Shown here piece by piece: positions 39,289 to 47,497 of a stretch of DNA of 64,000 nt. The stretch is from the NCBI GenBank assembly GCA_015232315.1, contig JADFZZ010000021.1, positions 2,006-66,005 on the forward strand. The letters run 5' to 3'. Source of the DNA: SAR324 cluster bacterium. Its GTDB lineage: Bacteria > SAR324 > NAC60-12. The stretch's first letter is position 1. Each line of letters opens with the position of its first letter. The notes under the pieces were generated by a model that had not been told where the DNA came from, ran no database searches, and saw only the letters and a program-made list of their open reading frames with translations. The position numbers were made by a program, and so were the translations under genes.

Positions 39289-40882
39289 TGCTGATTTGCC
39301 CTTGCTCCATGGTTAATATTGTATCGGCAAGATGAAAGAAACGATCATCATGACTAATGACAAGAATCACTTTGTTTTGCTGTTTTAAGCGAGGAAGCAG
39401 TGTTTCATAAAAGTACAAACGAAATTTATGATCCTGTTCCGCGGCCCATTCATCAAAAATCACAATAGGCATATCCTCAAGCAATGCCCCAATCATCGCG
39501 AGTCTTTTTCTTTGCCCGGCGGAGAGCTTTATATTAGAAAATTTTCCATTTCCCCAATCCGTTTTGTTGTTGAGAGCCATCTCATCCAACAGCGAATAGA
39601 TCTGTTCTGCCTGAATATTTTCAATGCCGTATAACCCTTCAAACAAATGATAATCCGAAAAAATACAGGATGATAAATAGCGATAATCGCGCAAAGAGAC
39701 GATGGATTCATTCAAGAAAATCTGTCCTGCGGATGGTTCATAAAGTCCGGTGATGATTTTAACAAGCGTCGATTTTCCACTGCCATTCCCCCCAACCAGA
39801 AAGGTGATATGACCCGATCTCAATGTCATATTGACTGGTCCGATGACAAAGCCTTCCTCTTCCGGATATTGAAACTGAACATTCTCCAGACGCAGTGAAT
39901 GGATCTCAGGATTGATTTTGGGACGGATAGAGACATAGTCCGACAGTTCGGGTTTCTGATTGCGTAACATTTCATCCAGCTTATACAACCGATCCAGTGC
40001 GGCATCGCCCGTTGTGATAAAGGGCAAGGACGTATTGAACATTCTGACAGGCCCCCAGCACATGACAATCGCTGTCATGATTTCAGTTACAGTCTGTAAT
40101 GGCAGAAATATGGAAAAAATGAAAATTTCTGTAGCCAGAAACATAAAAAAGGCGCCATCCAGAAATAATTCAGTTTTACCGAATAACCGTGAAGAATTTA
40201 TTCCCTGATTTTTTAGTTGCTTGGCCAGGGGCATCAATTCATTGGAAAAAAAGAAATTACTTTTTTTTTCGCTTAATTTGAGTTCCTTAAAGCCATCCAG
40301 CAACTGCCCCATCACATGAAAGAAGCGGGATTCGGTGTCTGACATGGATTTCTGCTCACCCGCTATCAAATATCGACTTCCTGAGTAAACCCCCAGACCC
40401 ATGAGAAAAGTAATGAACACCGCGATCGCGACAGAAGAGGAAAGATGGACAACATACAGGAAACAGAATCCCACAAGCGTATAGGTCTGTAGCAGATTGA
40501 TATGATAACGCGCGGCCCGGGAAATGGACCGTGCGTCCTTGGTCATGGTCATGTAGAGATCTGAAATCTGATACCGTTCCAACTCAGACAGTTCCGACTG
40601 GCGTAACGCGTTCCCGATGCGTTGTCTCACTTGCTGCATCGTAAAATGAATTAATCGCGTATTCCTGTTCAGCGCAAACCATTTACTGCTTACATAAATG
40701 ATGGAACATACCAGATACACTCCTAGAAAATAAATATCAGATACATCCCACTGCAGGTCTCTTGTGGAATCATTAATAACAATCACCAGTCCGCCACCGG
40801 AGATCCCCGCGATCGCGGACAAACTCAACAATTTGATTTTTTCTTTCTGATTCTCTTTGCCAAACAGATTTGTCAGATTCAT
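39257..40882 (-). CDS. ABC exporter half-transporter (TMD-NBD) of the SyrD/cyclic-peptide-transporter type, partner of the ORF at 37690-39288.
   Basis: Walker A GGNGSGKST. Signature LSAGQRKRLAM. Walker B region IVIFDEWAAEQDHKFR. Overlaps the downstream paralogue by 32 nt. Confidence 0.85.
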   Translation of the reverse strand: MNLTNLFGKENQKEKIKLLSLSAIAGISGGGLVIVINDSTRDLQWDVSDIYFLGVYLVCSIIYVSSKWFALNRNTRLIHFTMQQVRQRIGNALRQSELSELERYQISDLYMTMTKDARSISRAARYHINLLQTYTLVGFCFLYVVHLSSSVAIAVFITFLMGLGVYSGSRYLIAGEQKSMSDTESRFFHVMGQLLDGFKELKLSEKKSNFFFSNELMPLAKQLKNQGINSSRLFGKTELFLDGAFFMFLATEIFIFSIFLPLQTVTEIMTAIVMCWGPVRMFNTSLPFITTGDAALDRLYKLDEMLRNQKPELSDYVSIRPKINPEIHSLRLENVQFQYPEEEGFVIGPVNMTLRSGHITFLVGGNGSGKSTLVKIITGLYEPSAGQIFLNESIVSLRDYRYLSSCIFSDYHLFEGLYGIENIQAEQIYSLLDEMALNNKTDWGNGKFSNIKLSAGQRKRLAMIGALLEDMPIVIFDEWAAEQDHKFRLYFYETLLPRLKQQNKVILVISHDDRFFHLADTILTMEQGQISNGTPSFTSGT

Positions 40883-40930
40883 ACAATCACAATATTTTTC
40901 AGGAAAACCAGGGGGTAAACGTAACGAAGA

Positions 40931-41100
40931 ATCCCCTGCTGTAAATAATTTGGTGATGAAATCCTGTGGCCCTCCACGATGTCATCCCCGTGAAAACGGG
41001 GATCCATGAGTGCGCCGATGGATTCCGTGTCAAGCACGGAATGACACCGTGCGATGGCTTGAATCGGTTGCCGTCACCAGAAAATTTACAGCAACAAAAA
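40931..41100 (+). repeat. 170-bp MITE-like structured repeat, copy 1.
   Basis: About 93% identical to 61591-61760. Imperfect ~20-bp terminal inverted repeats (TGCTGTAAATAATTTGGTGA ... TCACCAGAAAATTTACAGCA). Internal hairpins ATCCCCGT-GAAA-ACGGGGAT and TTCCGTG-TCAAG-CACGGAA. Confidence 0.6.
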
Positions 41101-41108
41101 TCCAGAGA

Positions 41109-41537
41109 TTAAAAGGTTTTCATAATTTTTCTGGAACCCTGAATGCATTCACAAAGGATAGTGATAATATTCAGTCCAACCTCCACATATTCATTGGCGA
41201 AATCCAGAAACGCGACAGCGTTTAAAGTCAGCAATTCGCTATCTTCATGCGCTATCATGGTTATTTTGCTTTCGTGAGGAGCCAGAATCGCCAATTGTCC
41301 TACGTATGCGCCACGGTCCAGCACCTCCAGACATTTTTCCTGTCCGTATATACCGATCTGTCCTGAGAGAACCAGAAACAGGTTTGTCATGGTATCACCA
41401 TTCCGGATCAACACTTCTTCCGAGTAAACCTTCAATTCTTCAAACCGGATTGCCATTTCTCCCAGCATTTCATCAGAAATTCCGGAAAAAACCTGGATGT
41501 TCTTTAAATACAGCACACGTTCAATTATTGGTCTCAT
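41109..41537 (-). CDS. Stand-alone cyclic-nucleotide-binding domain protein.
   Basis: 142 aa. cNMP-binding motifs LFLVLSGQIGIYG...GAYVGQLAIL. It sits at the head of the exporter operon. Confidence 0.7.
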   Translation of the reverse strand: MRPIIERVLYLKNIQVFSGISDEMLGEMAIRFEELKVYSEEVLIRNGDTMTNLFLVLSGQIGIYGQEKCLEVLDRGAYVGQLAILAPHESKITMIAHEDSELLTLNAVAFLDFANEYVEVGLNIITILCECIQGSRKIMKTF

Positions 41538-42036
41538 AGAATCCCTATATTTTGCTTTGATTTTCGTGAAACACTTCTGCTAAGTATCAGATCAAAAATC
41601 TTTCACCATTCTGAATTATTCCGTTTTCCTTAAAGGATCTCTCAGAGAGATGCCCTGACAAGAGCTGAATTACCATCACTGTTCTGTAACAATCCAGCGA
41701 TTTGTGTTCCTTTTTTTACGTGTGAAATGAAACCATAATTTGATCCAATTCAATTTTTAGAAGGTTTGTGGCCATTTTCATTGTCACTATCCTGTAATAC
41801 GGAAATTGACCGGCAATGAATTCGCGCCTGAAGGGATATCATGAAAGTGAATAGCCGGGAGAAAACACTGGCAATTGAGAGATAATTATGAAAGATAAGC
41901 GGACACACAAGAAGTTACGGCCTCCAATATCCGATTTGTCCCTGGCCACGTTGATGATATGGTGGAGTCGCGGAACCCATACCTTTCCAGTATCGCTTTT
42001 AAATGACAATTTGGTCATTCATTACGACGGACCACA

Positions 42037-42118
42037 ATCCGAACGGTGGATGTCGTTGATTGGATACAACCACCGGAATCCGAACGGTGGATGTCGTTGA
42101 TTGGATACAACCACCGGA
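42037..42118. repeat. Perfect 41-bp tandem duplication (2 copies).
   Basis: The unit atccgaacggtggatgtcgttgattggatacaaccaccgga is repeated head-to-tail in intergenic DNA. Confidence 0.6.
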
Positions 42119-42182
42119 TCGAGGAATCCCTGGAGACCATTCTCGATGAATGCAAACACCGCGGTATCACAAAGGAGCATTT

Positions 42183-42413
42183 ATGAATACAGCGACCATT
42201 CACATACCTGAAACATTACCCAGTGAGATAGTACAAGGATTGATTCAAGAATTTGAAAAAATGCTTGAATCAAAAGCTAATGAAGTGAATAGCCAGGAAT
42301 GGGCGAACTTAGTCGAAAGTGAGCAATCTCAAGCATGGTTGGAAGCTATGGTTGCTCAAGTGGATATTGAACACAGCGCAGAGAAAACAGAGAAGGGTGG
42401 ATGGAACAGATAA
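42183..42413 (+). CDS. Putative antitoxin of a type II TA pair (76 aa).
   Basis: AAGGAG RBS. Small and acidic. Its stop overlaps the start of the downstream RelE/ParE-like ORF. Family not recognised. Confidence 0.35.
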   Translation: MNTATIHIPETLPSEIVQGLIQEFEKMLESKANEVNSQEWANLVESEQSQAWLEAMVAQVDIEHSAEKTEKGGWNR

Positions 42414-42700
42414 AATCTTATCGCTCATCTCAATTTAAAAAATCCTTTGAAAAACTTCCTTTATCTGTGCAAGAGCAGGCTAAAAAAGCCTACGCTCTTT
42501 GGAGCGATAACCCTTTTCATAATTCCCTTGAATTCAAGGTTATCAATAAGAAATTAGATGTTTATTCCGCAAGAATTAGCCTGAATTGGAGAGTGTTAGG
42601 ACTTTTTTAAGGAGGCTTCCCCACCAGCGGTAGGGAACCACAAAATATTCGTAACGATTGGAAGAAAGGAGCAAGTATATGATTATTCGCACGTTATCCG
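42401..42700 (+). pseudogene. RelE/ParE-like toxin gene interrupted by a frameshift in a T6 run.
   Basis: The track ORF at 42401-42610 encodes ...VYSARISLNWRVLGLF and then stops. The next frame continues as ...KEASPPAVGNHKIFVTIGRKEQVYD, which resembles the conserved RelE C-terminal ...IGHRKDVY. The T run is at about 42603-42608. The reconstructed protein would be about 101 aa. Confidence 0.4.
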
Positions 42701-43065
42701 ATATTGAACAGACTGACCGTGATGTTGCCTGGGGGAATGGACAAAGCCGAAGATTTCTCATTGCCAGTGACGGAATGGGTTTCACGTTGACGGATACTGT
42801 CGTTCTGGCGGGTTCAGAATCAAGATTGCAATATCGTAATCACGTTGAAGCTTGTTATTGCATTGAAGGCGAAGGGGAAGTTGAGGTGGATGGTAAAATT
42901 TACCCGATCAAGACCGGCACAATGTATGCGCCAAATCAACACGATATTCATTATCTTCGAGCGACTAAGACAATGCGTCTGGTGTGTGTGTTTTCGCCTG
43001 CGTTACAAGGCCCTGAATCCCATCAACTGCAACACACAGACAATCCTTCCGCCTCAAGTTATTAA
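42679..43065 (+). CDS. Ectoine-synthase (EctC)-like cupin.
   Basis: 128 aa. MIIRTLSDIEQTDRDV...EACYCIEGEGEVEVDGKIYPIKTGTMYAPNQHDIHYLRATKTMRLVCVFSP aligns along its length with Halomonas EctC (MIVRNLEEA..TDR...EAVYCIEGEGEVE...DGKIWPIKPGDIY.LDQHDEH.LRA.KTM.L.CVF.P). AAAGGAG RBS. Confidence 0.85.
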   Translation: MIIRTLSDIEQTDRDVAWGNGQSRRFLIASDGMGFTLTDTVVLAGSESRLQYRNHVEACYCIEGEGEVEVDGKIYPIKTGTMYAPNQHDIHYLRATKTMRLVCVFSPALQGPESHQLQHTDNPSASSY

Positions 43066-43087
43066 CGGCATCGCTTCCGGGTTTCGC

Positions 43088-46000
43088 ATGAATTTTTCTC
43101 AGACTTCAATGACTGATTTTATAGAGCTTGTTCGTACACAGGCTTCCAAAAATCCGCACAATATTGCCGTTTATCACCGTAATCAGATACTCAACTATGA
43201 ACAGCTTGAGCGTCGTTCTAATCAACTCGCTCATTATTTACTGAGTCTGAAGATCCAACCTGAGCAGTTGATCGGTTTATGTCTGCCCCGTTCGATCCTG
43301 TTGACGGAGGCCATGCTTGGAATTCTAAAGGCCGGAGCGGCTTATGTGCCGTTAGATCCTGCTTATCCACGCAAACGTCTGGAAGACATGCTGGAAGACA
43401 GTCAACTGAATATTGTGCTCCTGAATGATGCCACCGATCATCTGATTTCATCGTTAAAAACCCTCAATTCTGAACTGCAAAAAATTCATCTGGCATTGAA
43501 CTGGGAGATCATTGCGTCATTCCCTTCAACGCCTCCCGATATCACCTTCCGTGACGACCAACTTGCCTATTGTTTATACACATCAGGTTCCACAGGAAAA
43601 CCCAAAGGGGTGCTGATGGAACACAAACCGTTGTCCAATTTAATCCACTGGCATCTTAAAAATCGTGTGACTCCCGCACGTCAATTGCAATTCGCACCTC
43701 TGAATTTTGACATTTCTTTTCAGGAGATTTTCGCGACCTGGTGTTCAGGTGGCAGTTTGTTTATCATAGACGATTCTGTCAGACGCAATCCATCCGCATT
43801 ATTGGATTTTATCTGCACCCACGCCATAGAAAAACTCTATTTGCCATTTACGGCCCTGCAACAATTGTCTATTATCGCACACGACAGTGATCACTACCCT
43901 GTGCAATTGCGTGAGGTGATTACCGCTGGAGAACAATTGCAGATTACTCCGGCAATTCGGGAACTCTTTACACGTACCGGTGCCCGGTTGCATCATCACT
44001 ATGGCGCAACGGAGTGTCAGGATGTTACCGCACTGGATCTGACAGGTGATCCGCAAGATTGGCCCTTACTCCCCTGCATTGGAAAAGCGATTGATAATAT
44101 ACAGATCCATATTCTGGATTCGCGGTTATCTCCGGTAGGCAGGGATGAAACAGGTGAACTTTATGTGGCGGGAGATGGACTGGCACGTGGTTATCTGCAT
44201 CGGCCGGAACTGAATGAGGCTCGATTTATCAACACACCAGATATCGGACGCCTTTATAAAACCTGCGACAGAGCCCGATACGGCACCGATGGACAGATAG
44301 AATTATTAGGACGATCTGATCATGCGGTGAAAATTCGTGGATTCAGCGTGGAGTTGGGGGAGATTGAAGCGATTTTACTGCAACATAAAGATATAGATCA
44401 GGCAGTGGTAGTGGCACATCAAGATGATTCCGGTCATAAACGACTGCTGGCCTATGTGGTGTTACACAAAAACAAAATACTATCCACCCAGCAATTGCAT
44501 GAACATCTGGAACAACGTTTACCTCAATACATGATTCCGGCAATGTTTATTCTCTTGGACGGCCTGCCTATGACGCCAACCGGCAAAGTCAACCGTGGTG
44601 ACTTACCACCACCTTTTATGCAGGTGCGTCCGGAAGTGGATCACAGTTTTGAATCGGCACGTACCCCCCTGGAAGAAACCTTGACTACAATCTGGCAAAA
44701 CGTGTTGAACATTGAACAGATCGGAATCCATGATGATTTTTTTTCACTGGGAGGAGATTCCTTTTTGCTGATTACATTATTCAGCACGATAAAGAATCAA
44801 CTGGGAACGGATGTCCCACTGGCTGATTTGCTACAAGAACTCAACATTGCCGATCTGGCCAACTTATTACAGCATAAGGCCCCGCATCCAAGCCATACCG
44901 CTTTGTCAGTCAATGAACTACAGGGCTATGCTATCTGTCCGCTTCAATCTCAGCTTCCGGCAGTTACAGAACTGAATAAGCCAAAAAATATTTTATTAAC
45001 AGGTGCGACGGGATTTCTGGGTTCATTCCTGTTACAGGAATTGCTGGAGAAAACCGATGCTGATATTTATTGTCTGGTGCGGGGCAAGGACCCCTCACAG
45101 GCGTTACAACGTTTGCTCGACAGTCAGAAACAGCGTGAGTTATCCCTTTCAACAGATTTCCACAAACGACTGCATGTGGTGTGTGGTGATATGGCCAAAC
45201 CCCTTTTGGGGGTAACCCGAAAACAATGGAAGCATCTGACTGAACTGATTGACAGTGTTTATCATGCCGCGGCAAATATTAACATGTTATACCCTTATCC
45301 GGTACTTCACGCCATCAATGTTCAGGGAACACAGGAGATTATTAAGTTTTCCACGCATTCACGTTGCAAAACCTTGCACTATATTTCCAGCACAGCCATT
45401 TTTGAAGCTCAGGGATTTTTTCATCGACAACAGCCGATTCCTGAAAATATTGATATTCAGGAATGTGCCCGTATTTACGGCGGTTATGCTCAAAGTAAAT
45501 GGGTTGCTGAAAAACTGTTGCATCAGGCTCGGGAAAAAGGGCTTGCTGTGAGTATCTATCGTTTGGGGATGTTGACAGGACACAGCCGTTCCGGCGTATC
45601 CAATATCAACGACATGATGTGCAAACTGCTCAAACAGTTTGTGGTACAAAAACGCATCCCTGAATTGACCACTCCACTGGATATGACTCCGGTTGATTAT
45701 GTAGCTCAGGTGATAGTCCATTTATCACAACAGACTCCGGAAAATGGCTACTGTTTTCATGTTGTGAATCCTCAACCGCCTTCTTTTTTTGAATTATACC
45801 GGTTCTTCAACCAATTGGGATATCCTCTGCAAATGATCAATTATGCTCAATGGATTGATCAACTTGAAAACCTGTCACTGGATTCAAAGGAAAACGCTTT
45901 GGGAACGATGTTGCCCATTTTTACGGAAAGCGTTGAGGGCAAAACCTACCTGGAATTTTCTTCTTTATGTCAGAACTTTAATCATGATAATACTCACCTT

Positions 46001-46102
46001 GGATTAAGCAACAGTTCTATACGTTGCTCTGCGGTAACACCGGATTTGTTGTCAACCTATTTGAATTATTTTGTACGGCAGGGCTTTTTGAGCGCTCCCT
46101 AA
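43088..46102 (+). CDS. Single-module NRPS with domains A - PCP - R (thioester reductase).
   Basis: A domain: LAYCLYTSGSTGKPKGV, FDISFQEIF, YGATE, TGKVNRGDL. PCP: FFSLGGDSFLL. R domain: LTGATGFLGSFLL and YAQSKWVAEKLL. The upstream part of the track ORF (42845-43087) overlaps ectC and was discarded. Confidence 0.9.
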   Translation: MNFSQTSMTDFIELVRTQASKNPHNIAVYHRNQILNYEQLERRSNQLAHYLLSLKIQPEQLIGLCLPRSILLTEAMLGILKAGAAYVPLDPAYPRKRLEDMLEDSQLNIVLLNDATDHLISSLKTLNSELQKIHLALNWEIIASFPSTPPDITFRDDQLAYCLYTSGSTGKPKGVLMEHKPLSNLIHWHLKNRVTPARQLQFAPLNFDISFQEIFATWCSGGSLFIIDDSVRRNPSALLDFICTHAIEKLYLPFTALQQLSIIAHDSDHYPVQLREVITAGEQLQITPAIRELFTRTGARLHHHYGATECQDVTALDLTGDPQDWPLLPCIGKAIDNIQIHILDSRLSPVGRDETGELYVAGDGLARGYLHRPELNEARFINTPDIGRLYKTCDRARYGTDGQIELLGRSDHAVKIRGFSVELGEIEAILLQHKDIDQAVVVAHQDDSGHKRLLAYVVLHKNKILSTQQLHEHLEQRLPQYMIPAMFILLDGLPMTPTGKVNRGDLPPPFMQVRPEVDHSFESARTPLEETLTTIWQNVLNIEQIGIHDDFFSLGGDSFLLITLFSTIKNQLGTDVPLADLLQELNIADLANLLQHKAPHPSHTALSVNELQGYAICPLQSQLPAVTELNKPKNILLTGATGFLGSFLLQELLEKTDADIYCLVRGKDPSQALQRLLDSQKQRELSLSTDFHKRLHVVCGDMAKPLLGVTRKQWKHLTELIDSVYHAAANINMLYPYPVLHAINVQGTQEIIKFSTHSRCKTLHYISSTAIFEAQGFFHRQQPIPENIDIQECARIYGGYAQSKWVAEKLLHQAREKGLAVSIYRLGMLTGHSRSGVSNINDMMCKLLKQFVVQKRIPELTTPLDMTPVDYVAQVIVHLSQQTPENGYCFHVVNPQPPSFFELYRFFNQLGYPLQMINYAQWIDQLENLSLDSKENALGTMLPIFTESVEGKTYLEFSSLCQNFNHDNTHLGLSNSSIRCSAVTPDLLSTYLNYFVRQGFLSAP

Positions 46103-46124
46103 CAACCTCTTCTCGTGGATCTAC

Positions 46125-47432
46125 ATGCTGAATAAATCACCAAAATCGCGTGCTTTTTTCGAACGTGCGCAAAAAGTTATTCCTTATGGTGTCAGTTCCA
46201 GTCATCGTTACTGGGGCGATTATACCCCGGTATTGCAACGTGGAAATGGAGCGTATGTGTATGATTTCGATGGCAATCGTTATATTGATTACCGTCTGGG
46301 GTTTGGGCCTGTCATTCTGGGACACGCTCATCCTTACGTCAATCAGCGAGTCATGGAAGCGATCCAGCAGGGGGTTACATTTGCGGCGACCCAACCCTAT
46401 GAAGTCAGTGTCGCGGAACGCATTATCGCTATGTGCCCGTTTGTTGACATGGTACGACTGGACAACACCGGTTCCGATGCGACACGGCATGCGTTACGCC
46501 TTGCCCGTGGTTACACCGGACGAGACCTGGTGGTAAAATTTGAAGGTGCCTATCATGGCGATTACGATTACATGTTATGGACCACTCCGGACAGCATGAA
46601 AAGTCAGGTAGGCAACCGCAACCGGCCAATTCCCCATAAAACCAGTTTGGGTGTGCCCGATCTGCTGGCGCAGTTGCTCCTGCCCGCCGTATGGAATGAT
46701 CGCGAAGGGATCACCGCCTTATTGCAGGAAAAAGGTGATGCCATTGCGGCTATTATTGTTGAACCCATCCTGGCTAATGCCGGAGGTTTAATGCCTGCGC
46801 CAGGATTTCTGGAATTTTTACGCACACAATGTGATCAATATGGCATTGTCCTCATTTTTGATGAAGTCAAAACTGGATTTCGGATTGCACCTGGTGGCGC
46901 CAGTGAATATTTTGGCGTGATTCCGGATATTGTCACCTATGCCAAAGCAATGGCCAATGGATATCCTGTCTCTGCCGTGGGCGGAAAACGCAAGATCATG
47001 ATGGCACTGGCGCCTGGCAAAGTCGTTCATGCGGGAACCTACAACGGAAACGTCGTGGTCACTTCCGCCGCTGACGCAACCCTGGAATATATGCAGACTC
47101 ATGATGTATTTGGTCATCTCAATCAGATTGGCCGGCAACTCATGGATGGACTGGGCGAAATTCTTTCCCGCCACAGTATCCCGCATCATATCCATGGAGT
47201 GCCCGCTTTATTTGGATTGACGTTGTCCACAAACAATCCCACGGATTGGCGTCAGGTGGTGGATACCAATCTGGAGTTATCAGAGAAACTCCTCATGGAA
47301 TTGGTCAATGCCGGTATCATGACTGATTCTGATCCCCAGCAAACCTGGTATGTGTGTGACGCCCATACCACCGAGGATATTGCCGAGACACTTGATAAAT
47401 TTGAAATTGCCTTACGCAATGCAAAGAATTAA
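46125..47432 (+). CDS. Class-III aminotransferase of the glutamate-1-semialdehyde aminomutase (HemL)-like subfamily.
   Basis: Motifs RLDNTGSDATRHALRLARGYTGRDLVVKFEGAYHGDYD, IFDEVKTGFR and TYAKAMANGYP (PLP lysine region). Confidence 0.85.
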   Translation: MLNKSPKSRAFFERAQKVIPYGVSSSHRYWGDYTPVLQRGNGAYVYDFDGNRYIDYRLGFGPVILGHAHPYVNQRVMEAIQQGVTFAATQPYEVSVAERIIAMCPFVDMVRLDNTGSDATRHALRLARGYTGRDLVVKFEGAYHGDYDYMLWTTPDSMKSQVGNRNRPIPHKTSLGVPDLLAQLLLPAVWNDREGITALLQEKGDAIAAIIVEPILANAGGLMPAPGFLEFLRTQCDQYGIVLIFDEVKTGFRIAPGGASEYFGVIPDIVTYAKAMANGYPVSAVGGKRKIMMALAPGKVVHAGTYNGNVVVTSAADATLEYMQTHDVFGHLNQIGRQLMDGLGEILSRHSIPHHIHGVPALFGLTLSTNNPTDWRQVVDTNLELSEKLLMELVNAGIMTDSDPQQTWYVCDAHTTEDIAETLDKFEIALRNAKN

Positions 47433-47497
47433 TTGCGTAATATTAATAAAGTGATGATCACCCTTGATTTTTTAATAATGCAAAGAGGAGTTAACAA

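Noticed and set aside
41010-41225. ORF (71 aa) inside MITE copy 1, and the equivalent ORF at 61609-61803 in copy 2.
   Set aside because: Both are translations of the repeat itself, encoding the same peptide RRWIPCQAR.DTVRWL.SVAVTRKFTAT. There is no RBS, and they lie within structured repeat DNA.
42845-43087. Upstream 81-codon extension of the A-PCP-R ORF.
   Set aside because: It overlaps the well-supported ectC-like gene in another frame. Its sequence is not protein-like. An in-frame ATG at 43088 immediately follows the ectC stop.
43088-44650. Attempt to read the A-domain substrate specificity code.
   Set aside because: The ten specificity positions could not be aligned reliably by eye, so no substrate is claimed.
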